Part shown: one piece after another, positions 1 to 9,511 of the stretch
Position numbering within the stretch: position 1 is the stretch's first letter
How the letters are laid out: every line of letters begins with the position of its first letter
Source: Acidobacteriota bacterium
GTDB taxonomy: Bacteria; Acidobacteriota; UBA890; WLXD01
DNA: 64,000 nt
Assembly (NCBI GenBank): GCA_965248695.1
Contig: CBDFKD010000002.1
Span: forward strand, 4,416,001 to 4,480,000
Reading direction: 5' to 3'
Program-made: the position numbers and the translations under genes
The notes under the pieces: generated by a model
What the model saw: the letters and a program-made list of their open reading frames with translations, nothing else
Told to the model about the DNA's origin: nothing
The model's database searches: none

Positions 1-270
1 GGCGCGGAGAACGGCTCTCGGAGGTAGGCGGTGCCGAGCCGTGCGCCAGTCGAGCTCATCGTAGCAGGCTGGTGAAGGGCGGTAAAACGAGCTCAGTGGC
101 CGTTCGAGCGCAGGGCCTCGGTTAACACCGGGTAGAACTGCACGAAGACGTTGTCGACGGCGCCGTGTTCAGCGTGGCACGAGGCGCTCCTACGACCAGG
201 GCCGCGGCTATCGCGCCGACGATGGCAGTCGTGCGCCAGCGTGTGGAACGCATCCGGCGAGGTGCGTCCA

Positions 271-2928
271 TCAGTCCTGCCGCAATGCGATCACCGGATC
301 TACCGCCACCGCCCGGCGCGCCGGGATCACGATAGCCACGAGCGCGGCCGTCGTCAGTGCCACCAGCACGACGACAAACGTCATCGGATCGCTCGGTTGG
401 ATCTCGAACAGCAGTTCCTCGAGCACCCGTCCGAACGCGAACGAGCCCGCGATTCCCACTGCCAGCCCGACGACCACCTGCACCATTCCCTGGCGGACGA
501 CCATGGTGAGAATGCTCTGTCGTTGCGCCCCGAGTGCCATTCGCAGTCCCATCTCGCGTGTTCGCTGGGTTATGGAGAATGCCATGACGCCGGCGATGCC
601 TGTCACCGTGACGATGAGTGCGAGCAGCGCGAAGATGCCCAGGAGCGACGCGGTCAGCCGCGGCGACGCCACCGCGTCGGCACGCAGGATCGCCATCGGT
701 TGCAGATCGCTGATCGGGTTGGCACCCAGCGCGTAAGCCGCATCCTTGACACCCTGGGCCGCGCTCGCGGGGTCGCCCACCGTACGGATCATCAGCCAGG
801 TCGGCATCCCCGCTTGGCCGAAGGGCCGGTAGAACTCCGCCGTGACCGGTGTTTCCGGACCATAGAGTCGCGTATCGCCGACGACGCCGACGATCGTGGT
901 CCAGCTCTCGCCCTCATCGAACGAGACGCGGGCCCCGACAGGGTCTTGGTCGCGCCAGTACTGTCGGGAGAGAGTCTGGTTGATGACCGCGACGGGGGCG
1001 GCATCAGGCTCGTCTCGACTGTCGAGGAGGCGCCCGCTCAGGAGCGGGATGTCGAGAACATCGAAGTACTCCGGCGTGACGACGTTGCGGTCCAGCTGTG
1101 GACGGGTCTTGGTTTCCTCCAGCGCGCGTCCTTCGATGATGAACTCGGCAAGATTCGGGTTCGTCTGCCGGTACGGGGGCTTCTGCGTCAGCGCCGCCGA
1201 GCGCGCTACCGGGCTCTCGCCGACCGCAATGATTAGCGCGCGCAGGTACTCGTGCCTGTCGTCCATGCCGTTGAACGCCGTCCAGTCGAGCGACACCCGG
1301 GCGGTCAAGACTTGCTCGGTTTCGAAGCCCGGATCGATCGCCTGCAAGCGCGTCAGGCTACGCAACGTCAGACCGGCGCCGACCAACAGGATGAACGACA
1401 GTGCCACTTGGGCTACGATCAGCGCCCGGCGCAGCTGCAATCCACCGGCGACCGTGGAGCGGGCGCCGTCCTTGATGGCACCGCCGAGGTCGCGAGTTCC
1501 CGGCAGCGCCGGGAAGGTGCCGAAGACAATGCCGGTGGCGAAGGAGATTGCCAGCGTGAACGCTAGCACCCAGCCGTCGATGGTCACCGTCGCGGCACGC
1601 GGCGTATAGCGGCCGGCGAATTCGATCAGCATGTCGAGCCCGACGTAGGCGAACAGCAGGCCGAGGGCGCCGCCGATCAACGCCAGCACCGTGCTCTCGG
1701 TAAGCAACTGCCGCATCAACCGACCACGGCTGGCGCCGATTGCCGCTCGCACCGCCACCTCCTGCTGGCGGCGCATGACGCGCGCCAGGCTCAAGTTGGC
1801 GACGTTGGCGCAAGCGATCAGCAACACCAGGCCGGCGGTGGCCAGCAACATGAGCAGCACCGGCCGCGCGTTCTGGGTCAGCTCTTGCTTGAGCTCGGCA
1901 ACCCCCGCGGTGAGGTCCATCTCGGCCGGATAAGCCTCTGGGAAATCCTCCTCGAAGCGCGCCGCCACGTTGGCGATCTCGGCGCCGGCTCCGTCGACGG
2001 TGGCGTCGTCGCCGAGTCTCCCGAAGACGAACAGGTTGCGGAAGGCGTTGCGGTTGCCGGCCATGTTGCGCTCGGCGTTGGCCCGGAACGGGCACGCCGA
2101 GGTCGGCATGTAGACGTCGACTTTGTTGGGGAACTGCGGAATCGGCGGCAGCACGCCGACCACCGTGTGCGGCCGCGTGTTGATCTCGTAGACCTGTCCA
2201 ACCACGTCCGGGTCGGCTCCCAGCGCGTTCTGCCAGTAGTCGTGGCTGAGGACCAGCACCGCTTCGGAATCGAGGTCATCCTCGCCGTCCAGAAACGTCC
2301 TCCCCAGCAGCGGCGTCACCCCGAGCGTGTCGAAGAAGTTGTCCGACACCACCCCCGTCTGGATTCGCTGCGGCTCACCGCGGCCGAGCAAGACGAAGAA
2401 CATCGTGTGGTACTCCACCAGCTCGTCGAAGCTGCTGGCCTGCTCACGGTAGTCGTAGAGCTCGGGAATCGATGCCTGGGTGTTGGCCACCCGGATTCCC
2501 GGCGCCGCCTGCTTCAGCAACACCAGTCGGTCACCGTGCTGGTAGGGCAGGGGACGGAGCATGACGCCATAGATGACGCTGAAGATGGCGGTGTTGGCGC
2601 CGATGCCGAGAGCCAGGGTCAGCACCGCGATGGTGGCAAAGCCCCAGTTCTTGCTCAGCGTCCGAAGGGCGTAGCGGATGTCCTGTATCAGCATGTCGAG
2701 GTGATTCCCCTTGCGCTCGTCGCGGCATTCTTCCGTGAAGCGCTGCCTAGCGCCGAAGTTGAGGCGCGCTTGCCGCCAGGCTTCGGCCTCGCTGAGCCCC
2801 TGGCGCCGGTACATGTCAGCTTCCATCTCGAGGTGGAAGGCGAGCTCGTCGTCGAGCTCGCGATCGTCGGCCGGGCGGCCGTTGCCGCGCAGCCGCTGCA
2901 ACCAGCTGTGCCGTCGTCCAGTGTCCAT
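271..2928 (-). CDS. ABC transporter permease, ADOP family (duplicated MacB/FtsX-type)
   Basis: 885 aa; '[33 protein letters not shown]', '[11 protein letters not shown]', '[11 protein letters not shown]', C-terminal 'VDPVIALR'; sits directly after padR. Confidence 0.95.
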   Translation of the reverse strand: MDTGRRHSWLQRLRGNGRPADDRELDDELAFHLEMEADMYRRQGLSEAEAWRQARLNFGARQRFTEECRDERKGNHLDMLIQDIRYALRTLSKNWGFATIAVLTLALGIGANTAIFSVIYGVMLRPLPYQHGDRLVLLKQAAPGIRVANTQASIPELYDYREQASSFDELVEYHTMFFVLLGRGEPQRIQTGVVSDNFFDTLGVTPLLGRTFLDGEDDLDSEAVLVLSHDYWQNALGADPDVVGQVYEINTRPHTVVGVLPPIPQFPNKVDVYMPTSACPFRANAERNMAGNRNAFRNLFVFGRLGDDATVDGAGAEIANVAARFEEDFPEAYPAEMDLTAGVAELKQELTQNARPVLLMLLATAGLVLLIACANVANLSLARVMRRQQEVAVRAAIGASRGRLMRQLLTESTVLALIGGALGLLFAYVGLDMLIEFAGRYTPRAATVTIDGWVLAFTLAISFATGIVFGTFPALPGTRDLGGAIKDGARSTVAGGLQLRRALIVAQVALSFILLVGAGLTLRSLTRLQAIDPGFETEQVLTARVSLDWTAFNGMDDRHEYLRALIIAVGESPVARSAALTQKPPYRQTNPNLAEFIIEGRALEETKTRPQLDRNVVTPEYFDVLDIPLLSGRLLDSRDEPDAAPVAVINQTLSRQYWRDQDPVGARVSFDEGESWTTIVGVVGDTRLYGPETPVTAEFYRPFGQAGMPTWLMIRTVGDPASAAQGVKDAAYALGANPISDLQPMAILRADAVASPRLTASLLGIFALLALIVTVTGIAGVMAFSITQRTREMGLRMALGAQRQSILTMVVRQGMVQVVVGLAVGIAGSFAFGRVLEELLFEIQPSDPMTFVVVLVALTTAALVAIVIPARRAVAVDPVIALRQD

Positions 2929-2936
2929 CGCCGGCT

Positions 2937-3269
2937 CTATACCGTTTGCAGGATGGCGCTCACAGCACGCGAGAGCCGGTCCCAGTTACGAGCCTCGTCC
3001 GCCAGCTGCTCCCGCCCCATCGCGGTCAGGCGGTAGAACTTGGCGCGCCGATTGTTCTCCGACGTACCCCACTCAGAGCCGATGAACCCCTGTCTCCGCA
3101 ATCGATGTAGCGCGGGATACAGGGATCCCTGATTGACTTGCAGAACGTCCTTGGACATCTGCTGAATGCGTTGCGAGATGCCCCAGCCGTGCTGTGGCTC
3201 CAGCTGAAGAGTCTTCAGGATGAGCATATCGAGCGTGCCCTGGAGCAGGTCGACGTTTGCTTTCGTCAT
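2937..3269 (-). CDS. padR: PadR family regulator, acidobacterial type
   Basis: '[14 protein letters not shown]...HGWGI...[10 protein letters not shown]...[13 protein letters not shown]'; ATG at 3269 preferred over the longer ORF. Confidence 0.95.
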   Translation of the reverse strand: MTKANVDLLQGTLDMLILKTLQLEPQHGWGISQRIQQMSKDVLQVNQGSLYPALHRLRRQGFIGSEWGTSENNRRAKFYRLTAMGREQLADEARNWDRLSRAVSAILQTV

Positions 3270-3277
3270 CGGTAGGT

Positions 3278-3395
3278 CTCGGGAAGATTCTCGAGGGGAT
3301 CCGTGTCGTCGCGCGGCGGGTGGCAGGTACGGCGTGTCCGTTCCTCTAGACGCTCGACAAGAGTGTCGCAAGCTCCTGTAGATTGTCAAGGGGAG
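3278..3395. promoter_or_regulatory. Three candidate PadR operators (core TAGA-N3-TC(G/A)A) overlapping the padR promoter
   Basis: Imperfect palindromes at 3278-3300, 3341-3363 and 3373-3395; minus-strand TTGACA at 3389-3384 lies inside the third. Confidence 0.6.
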
Positions 3396-3579
3396 CCGCC
3401 GCCGAGCAGGCGCCTCCCGCTGGCACCGCGCCACAACCCCGCGGGCCCCAGGCCGTGTATTGGGGGCGCGTTCGGCCTCTGCTACGATTCAGCGCGGTTC
3501 GTGGTGTCCGGCGCCGGTGTGAAACTTGATCGTCGCCGCTGTATCTGACGACGGTGTCCGTCGACCACGTGTGCTCTGG

Positions 3580-4053
3580 TCAGCTCTCCAGCATCGACTC
3601 GAGCTTGCGTGCCAGCTTCATGCCGCCGGTCGCGGACCGGGTCACGATCAACAGGGTGTCGTCGCCGGCGATGGCGCCCAGAGCCTCGGGGAGGCGACCG
3701 AGAGCCCGGGCGTCGTCGAGTGCCGCGGCGACGGGCTGGGCGCTGCCGGGAGGTGTGCGCACGACGACCAGATTGGCGGAGCTGCTGATCTCGGAGACGA
3801 ACTGTCGAAATCGATTCTGGAGCTCGTCGGGCTGCTCCGCTACGGCGGCGAGCCGGTAGACAACGCGGGTGTCGTCGAGCGATTCCCGGTGCGCACCGAT
3901 GGCGACAAGGTCGCGCGAAACGGTTGTTTGGCTGACGACGTGTCCCTGGCCCGCCAGGCGGCGCAGTATCTCCGCCTGCGATGAGATCCCGCCACCCTCG
4001 ATGAGGCGGCGCAAGAGAAGACGACGATGCGCGGCGCTTGTGCGGGTCGGCAT
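3580..4053 (-). CDS. argR: Arginine repressor
   Basis: 'SQTTVSRDL' winged-HTH motif; C-terminal 'VVRTPPGSAQPVA...GAIAGDDTLL'. Confidence 0.93.
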   Translation of the reverse strand: MPTRTSAAHRRLLLRRLIEGGGISSQAEILRRLAGQGHVVSQTTVSRDLVAIGAHRESLDDTRVVYRLAAVAEQPDELQNRFRQFVSEISSSANLVVVRTPPGSAQPVAAALDDARALGRLPEALGAIAGDDTLLIVTRSATGGMKLARKLESMLES

Positions 4054-4081
4054 GGCGAAGCTCTTCTTTGCAGAAAGGGTC

Positions 4082-4120
4082 GTCGATAATCTATGCGCAT
4101 ATGCGCATAACACTATATAG
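4082..4120. promoter_or_regulatory. AT-rich palindromic site upstream of argR (possible ARG boxes)
   Basis: Perfect 18-bp palindrome TATGCGCATATGCGCATA at 4092-4109 in the divergent argR / kinase intergenic region. Confidence 0.4.
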
Positions 4121-4319
4121 TCACGGGGCCATTTCAGTAGGTGCGGCGCGGATCGGGCCGAGCATCGGATCGCGAGGCTCCTTACTTGCACCACCGCGAG
4201 CCCGATCTGCTGCCGCACCCGTAGTGCCGCGCTGGACGTCGCGTTGATTCTGATGCAGTGGCTTGTCCGCCGGGCGCGACACCGTTCGTCTCTTCGCCAG
4301 CATCGACTATATTGCCGCC

Positions 4320-6488
4320 ATGCTTCCAGGTTGGACGGTCCTTGCCGGTGTGGCGCTGTTTGGCAGCAGCCTCTACATAGGGGCGGTAGCGGCTCGTGTC
4401 TGGAGGTTCGTTCCCAACTGGCTGGGTGTTTCGTTCGGTGCGCTAGCGGGCGGGATCTGTATCTGGAATGTCGGATATGGCTTCGAGATTCTGAGCCCTG
4501 ACCTCGGCGGCAAGATTTTCTGGGCGAAGTTCCAGTACGTCGGCATCCTCAGTACACCCGTCGCGTGGCTTTTTGTGGCGCTATCGTACACCCGCCGCGA
4601 ACGCTGGCTCGGCAGCAGAGTAGTGATGGGTCTGAGCGCGGTACCGGTGCTCATGTTGCTGCTGGTTTGGACCAACGAGCTGCATGGCTTGATTTGGTCG
4701 CGGGTGGCTCTGCTGGCCACAACCTCGTATCCGATGCTCGACGTCGACTACGGTCCTGTCTTCTGGATTAGCACCGCGTACGCCTACGTGCTGATGGCGA
4801 TCGCTGCCGCCGTCGTGGCCGAGGAGATCGCCACAACGGCGAGGTTGTTCCGCGCCCAGCGGTTCGTCTTGCTCATTGCAGCGATCTGCCCGTGGTTTGG
4901 GAACATGCTGCACTTGGCCGGTCTCGCCTGGTTGCGCGGGGTCGATCCGACACCGTTCGGTTTTTGCGTCAGCGCTGTTGCCGTGGGCTATGGGCTCCAA
5001 CGAAGGCGCCTCGTAGAGCTCGCCCCGATGGCACGCCGCGCTATGTTCGAGTTCATCGACGCCGGTGCCATCATTCTCGATCTGGAGGGGAGAGTTCTCG
5101 ACCTCAATCCTGCCGCGGAGAAGATCCTGGGTGTGCACGAGTCTGTGTTCGGCAGACCGATCGAAACCTGGTTTTGCAATTCGCGCCCGCTGCTCGAAGA
5201 GCCGCACGGGGTCCTGCGGGCAAGCCAACGGAACTTCACCAATGCAGCCGGCAGGACAGGCCACTACGAGTTGGCTCTCTATCCGATCCGTGGTCTCGAT
5301 GGCGACGTCTTCGCGCGACTGCTGGTTATCGACGAGGCAACTCGGCGCGTCGAGGCACTCGATGCTCTCGATGAATCCCAGCGGCGGTTCGAGGCCCTCA
5401 TCGAGTCGATTCCGGGAATCGTCTGGGAGGCGCGCCTTGAGCCATTGGAGTTCACCTTCGTGAGCAGCAAGACCGAGGCGCTGCTCGGCTATCCAGCCAC
5501 GCGCTGGACCGACGACGCGAACTTCTGGATAGAGCGCATGCACCCTGAGGACCGAGACTGGGTGCTTGATTTCGTTGAAGAGATGGAGCGTGCCGGGCGG
5601 GCTCACGAGTTCGAGTACCGCATGATCCATGCGGATGGGACGCCGGTTTGGTTTCGCGACGTCGTGGGTGCCCCGGGGCCGGATACCATGCTGCTAAGTG
5701 GAATCATGGTCGACATTACCGAGCGCAAACGGCTGGAGCAGCACGTACAGCAAGTTGATCGTCTCGAGACGATCGATCGTTTTGCCGCTGGCATGGCGCA
5801 TGACTTCAACAACCTCGTCACGGCGATTACGGTGTATGGGGAGCTGGCCAAGGACTCTCTTGATCCGGGGCATCCGGCGTGCGCCGAGGTGGACGGGATC
5901 ATCGCTGCGTGCGATCGGGCCGCCGAGTTGACTGGAACCCTCCTGACCGCCAGCCGAGCTGCCGGTGGGGAGCCTCGGCCAATGGAGCTCAACGACATTC
6001 TCGTCAAGCTCGAGCCAATGCTGCAGCGTCTCGTAGGCGACGACATTGCCCTCGACATGAACCTGACGCGAGATCTGCGTCGCGTGACGGCCGACCCGGC
6101 AGACGTTGAACAGCTCATCATGAACCTGGCAACCAACGCTCGCGACGCCATGCCTTTCGGGGGCCAACTCACGATCGCGACTACGACCGCGACTCTCCCG
6201 GGGGCCGCTGACGAGAGGGGGCCCCCAGAGGATGCCGCCTCCTACACCGTGTTGGTAGTCGGTGATACCGGGGTGGGCATGAGCCAGGACGACCAGGCGC
6301 GAATCTTCGACCCGTTCTTTACGACCAAGACCGGTGTAGCCGGGACCGGTCTTGGACTCACCAGCGTCGGTCGCGTCGTTCGTCAGATCGGTGGCACTAT
6401 CGAGGTTGCCAGCGCGGTCGGCGACGGGTCAGTGTTCAAAATCTATTTCCCGGGAAGGAGCCGGATCGCGGAGAGCCCGGATCTCTAG
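4320..6488 (+). CDS. Sensor histidine kinase: HisKA_7TM membrane domain, PAS domains, HisKA, HATPase
   Basis: About 7 hydrophobic segments with 'WTNELHGL' and 'DPTPFGF'; 'MAHDFNN' H-box; 'NARDAM', 'DTGVGM', 'FFTTK', 'GTGLGL'. Confidence 0.92.
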   Translation: MLPGWTVLAGVALFGSSLYIGAVAARVWRFVPNWLGVSFGALAGGICIWNVGYGFEILSPDLGGKIFWAKFQYVGILSTPVAWLFVALSYTRRERWLGSRVVMGLSAVPVLMLLLVWTNELHGLIWSRVALLATTSYPMLDVDYGPVFWISTAYAYVLMAIAAAVVAEEIATTARLFRAQRFVLLIAAICPWFGNMLHLAGLAWLRGVDPTPFGFCVSAVAVGYGLQRRRLVELAPMARRAMFEFIDAGAIILDLEGRVLDLNPAAEKILGVHESVFGRPIETWFCNSRPLLEEPHGVLRASQRNFTNAAGRTGHYELALYPIRGLDGDVFARLLVIDEATRRVEALDALDESQRRFEALIESIPGIVWEARLEPLEFTFVSSKTEALLGYPATRWTDDANFWIERMHPEDRDWVLDFVEEMERAGRAHEFEYRMIHADGTPVWFRDVVGAPGPDTMLLSGIMVDITERKRLEQHVQQVDRLETIDRFAAGMAHDFNNLVTAITVYGELAKDSLDPGHPACAEVDGIIAACDRAAELTGTLLTASRAAGGEPRPMELNDILVKLEPMLQRLVGDDIALDMNLTRDLRRVTADPADVEQLIMNLATNARDAMPFGGQLTIATTTATLPGAADERGPPEDAASYTVLVVGDTGVGMSQDDQARIFDPFFTTKTGVAGTGLGLTSVGRVVRQIGGTIEVASAVGDGSVFKIYFPGRSRIAESPDL

Positions 6489-6551
6489 GCCGTCGGTGGT
6501 ACCGGCGGACACTTCCAGATGCGTCGATTCAGCTACGCGCTGCCATCAGCG

Positions 6552-7892
6552 CTACCATCGATGGTCGGCAGGGTCGATTCGGAGCGCGCGGAACTTCTCA
6601 TAAAGAGTGCTGCGTGCAACGCCCAGACGGCTCGCAGTTCGAACAACGTTGCCGCGCTCCTGCCGCAGCGCCTCCCGAATGTGCTCACCCTCCAGCTCCG
6701 ACAGCGTCGGAGCGCGGCCAGGAACCGGCACTGGAGGTCCTTGTGGAGTGAGGGTGTGCTCAAAGCGCAGATGGTGGCGGCGGATAGGCTCCCCATCGGC
6801 GGCCAGGGCGGCGCGTTCGAGGACATTGCGCAGTTCACGGAAGTTCCCCGGCCACGGGTGCTCGGCCAGCGCGGCCGCGGCCTCGTCGGTCAGCTGCGTG
6901 GCATCGGCGGTGGGCGAGATCACCTGCCCGAGCATGCGGCGGGCGAGAATCGGGAGATCCTCTAGGCGCTCCCGAAGGGGTGGAATCCTCAATACGATGG
7001 TGCTGGGCCGAAAGTAGAGATCGGCACGGAAGCCACCCTGTGTCACCAACTCGCTGAGGTCCTGGTTGGCTGCGGCGATCAGGCGCATATCGACGCTGCG
7101 CTCGCGCAGCCCGCCCAAGCGGCGAAAGGTCTTGTCTTCCAGCACCGTAAGCAGCCTCGGCTGGAGCTGACGTTCGACGTCTCCGATCTCGTCGAGAAAC
7201 AGCGTCCCCCCGTCAGCGAGCTCCAGTAACCCCTTCTTGTCCTCCGACGCGCCAGTGAACGAGCCGCGCTTGTGGCCGAAGAGCTCGCTGTGCAGGAGCT
7301 CCGCAGCGAGGCCGCTGCAGTTCAGGGCGACGAAGGGTCCCTTGGCGCGGGGACCGCCGCCATGGAGCCACCGGGCCAGGACGCCTTTGCCGCTGCCGGT
7401 CTCGCCCTGTACGAGCACCGGACCCCGAGTGCGCAGCGCGAGGCCGGCATCGGCCGTCAAGTTGGCGACCGCCGGGCTGGTGCCGAAGAAGGGATCGACA
7501 GGTGGGGCTGCGTCGGGGCTCGGGCCCTCGCGTTCGCGGAGCCGTTGCCGAAGTAGTCCCACCAGTTCGGCGGGCTGCATCGGTTTTGTCAGAAAGTCGA
7601 CAGCACCATGCTTTATCGCGCGAACTGCCAGGTCGATGGATCCGTACCCCGTCAGGATCAGGATCGGGATGTCCCGGCCGAGGACTTGCATTCGCGGCAG
7701 GAGCCGCAGCGCGTCGCCGTCTGGCAGCGAGTAGTCCAGCACCGCCGCGTCTGGTCGTTCGGCACGAAAGGCGTGCTCGCCACTACTTGCTGTCGCCGCC
7801 GAGCAGACGTCGAAACCGGATCGCAGCAGGTACCGGCACGTGGCTTGCCGGACGTCCTGGTCGTCTTCGACGACCAGTATCTTGTGAGCCAT
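6552..7892 (-). CDS. Sigma-54-dependent response regulator (NtrC family)
   Basis: Receiver 'ILVVEDD'; Walker A 'GETGSGK'; 'GSFTGA' loop; 'LFLDEIG'; 'WPGNFREL'; Fis-type HTH. Confidence 0.93.
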   Translation of the reverse strand: MAHKILVVEDDQDVRQATCRYLLRSGFDVCSAATASSGEHAFRAERPDAAVLDYSLPDGDALRLLPRMQVLGRDIPILILTGYGSIDLAVRAIKHGAVDFLTKPMQPAELVGLLRQRLREREGPSPDAAPPVDPFFGTSPAVANLTADAGLALRTRGPVLVQGETGSGKGVLARWLHGGGPRAKGPFVALNCSGLAAELLHSELFGHKRGSFTGASEDKKGLLELADGGTLFLDEIGDVERQLQPRLLTVLEDKTFRRLGGLRERSVDMRLIAAANQDLSELVTQGGFRADLYFRPSTIVLRIPPLRERLEDLPILARRMLGQVISPTADATQLTDEAAAALAEHPWPGNFRELRNVLERAALAADGEPIRRHHLRFEHTLTPQGPPVPVPGRAPTLSELEGEHIREALRQERGNVVRTASRLGVARSTLYEKFRALRIDPADHRW

Positions 7893-8086
7893 TCTGCCCC
7901 CTGTGCCTATCATACCAAGGGGCTCCGTTGGATGAACGGCGTCGGACCCCAGAATTAGTGGTCCCGAATTGATGCCGCCACGGTGCTCTCGCCGTGCACA
8001 CTCCACTCGTGCTACAGCGTCGGTTCCGGCCGGTGCTGTCGGGTCGGGCCATGAAGCGCCTTGACGGCCTCGTCTCGACCAAGCAG

Positions 8087-8124
8087 TGACCGAATTTCGT
8101 ACATCCATGTCGGTTTTCCGAACA
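8087..8124. promoter_or_regulatory. Tandem enhancer-binding-protein UAS sites
   Basis: TGACCGAATTTCGTACA (8087-8103) and TGTCGGTTTTCCGAACA (8108-8124), 21 bp apart, about 100 bp upstream of a -24/-12 promoter. Confidence 0.55.
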
Positions 8125-8198
8125 TGTCAGGGGTCGGTGAGCTCGCGCAGCTCGAGCGGCATATCGACTCTGCTTGCCTTCGAGGGGAAACGCCGGCT

Positions 8199-8215
8199 TT
8201 GGCCTGCTTCTTGCA
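8199..8215 (+). promoter_or_regulatory. Sigma-54 (-24/-12) promoter
   Basis: TTGGCCTGCTTCTTGCA has exact GG-N10-GC spacing; divergent from the NtrC-family gene. Confidence 0.65.
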
Positions 8216-8305
8216 GTCCAACTCATGGGGAGGTGGGCGTGGCGGGTTGCGGCAAGTGCCGGCTGGCCGCGTGTGGGTAGGTTCCAGATCCCATGAGGTG
8301 CTCTA

Positions 8306-8635
8306 GTGAGCCGAATCAGTTGCGTTGTTCTGGGTGTTGCCGTTCACGCGCTGGCTGTCGGGGGGCTGGCGTTGGTCTTGTTCGCACCGACCGTGCAGCA
8401 GCCGGATATCGCCCGAGCGGCGGGCGCCGTCCTGATCGGATTGTTGACCGTCGCGGCGGTGGGCCCCGTTGCCGTCGTGGCCGGATACCGGTATGGAGCG
8501 CGGCGGGCGTTCCAGGATGCTCTGCCGTTGCGCCGCGCGGACGACCTCCTGCGCGCGGTTGCCCAGGGCTGGGGACCGTTCAAACGGCTCCGCGGGCGTG
8601 GGAGTGCACGTCTGAAGATACTCCGAGCGACCTAG
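8306..8635 (+). CDS. Small membrane protein, two predicted TM helices
   Basis: GTG start after GAGGT; two hydrophobic segments; first ORF after the sigma-54 promoter. Confidence 0.5.
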   Translation: MSRISCVVLGVAVHALAVGGLALVLFAPTVQQPDIARAAGAVLIGLLTVAAVGPVAVVAGYRYGARRAFQDALPLRRADDLLRAVAQGWGPFKRLRGRGSARLKILRAT

Positions 8636-8638
8636 ACC

Positions 8639-9052
8639 GTGAGCGCGCGCGCGAGCCCGTCACTGCGGCGGGCAGACCCACGGATGGATGTGCGCATTTC
8701 TGTGCGCCTGCAGCGCGCCCACGATAATCCGACCATCTCTGGGGTGACTCTGAATCTGTCTCGTCGCGGGGCGCTGGTCCGACTCGAACAACAAATCGTA
8801 GTCGGCTCCCGCTATCTCATCCAAGTCCTGGCGCCAGACGGTTTCAACTTCTCGGACGGCACGGCGTGCGCGAGGTGTGGGGCAGTCCCACTGCCAGAAT
8901 TCGTGCTTCAGCAGACTGTCTGGGCTCGGACACTCCGACAGGGACAGGGGGTGAACGTGTAGGCCGCGACCTTCGAGTTCGAGAGCCTTCTCGAGATCCT
9001 CGAATCCGTGCGCTTCGGCGACGAGGAGGCCGCCACTCAGCACTTGGCGTGA
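8639..9052 (+). pseudogene. PilZ-domain protein interrupted by in-frame TAG at 8960-8962
   Basis: 'RRADPR' (RxxxR) and 'NLSRRGA' (N/DxSxxG); the frame continues after TAG as 'AATFEFESLLE...' to TGA at 9050-9052. Confidence 0.65.
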
Positions 9053-9085
9053 CGTCGACCATACAGCTCCCCGTCGGGCGGACTC

Positions 9086-9409
9086 ATGAACGGTTCTGGT
9101 CAAGCGCAACGACGCGGATGCCTTCAAATCGTGGGCATCCTGGCACAGCCTCCCCTGCGCACGCTGCGCCTGTTATGGCAGCGTGAGCGTTTGTTGCGCG
9201 GGTTCGCCGACCATGGCCTCGAGTCGGGCGGCTGGCGCGCATCGCTCACGCTGGAACGGATAGACACGATTGATCGCGCCGTTCACCGCGCCTCTGAGCG
9301 GACGGTTGCGGAGCTCGGCCGACAGCGCGACGACGACGAGTGGCTGGTCGCCTTTCTGCGCAATCTGGGGGCACTTCGAGAGCTCGAGGAAGTTGAAGCG
9401 CCGCTATAG
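9086..9409 (+). CDS. Hypothetical protein
   Basis: 107-aa ORF filling the gap before comM on the same strand as the upstream genes; no motif recognised. Confidence 0.35.
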   Translation: MNGSGQAQRRGCLQIVGILAQPPLRTLRLLWQRERLLRGFADHGLESGGWRASLTLERIDTIDRAVHRASERTVAELGRQRDDDEWLVAFLRNLGALRELEEVEAPL

Positions 9410-9511
9410 AGAGATTTACTGAGGAGTTATTGATCGAGGCAGGGTTATGGCGCCTATGGCCACGAGGAACTACGTAACTACGCGGGCGCGGGGTCGCCGT
9501 CCGAGCATCGC

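Noticed and set aside
122-271. 49-codon minus-strand ORF coupled to the ADOP stop, with 'SCHAEH' in a neighbouring frame
   Set aside because: Could be a decayed exported or heme-protein gene, but there is no complete CxxCH and too little context at the window edge.
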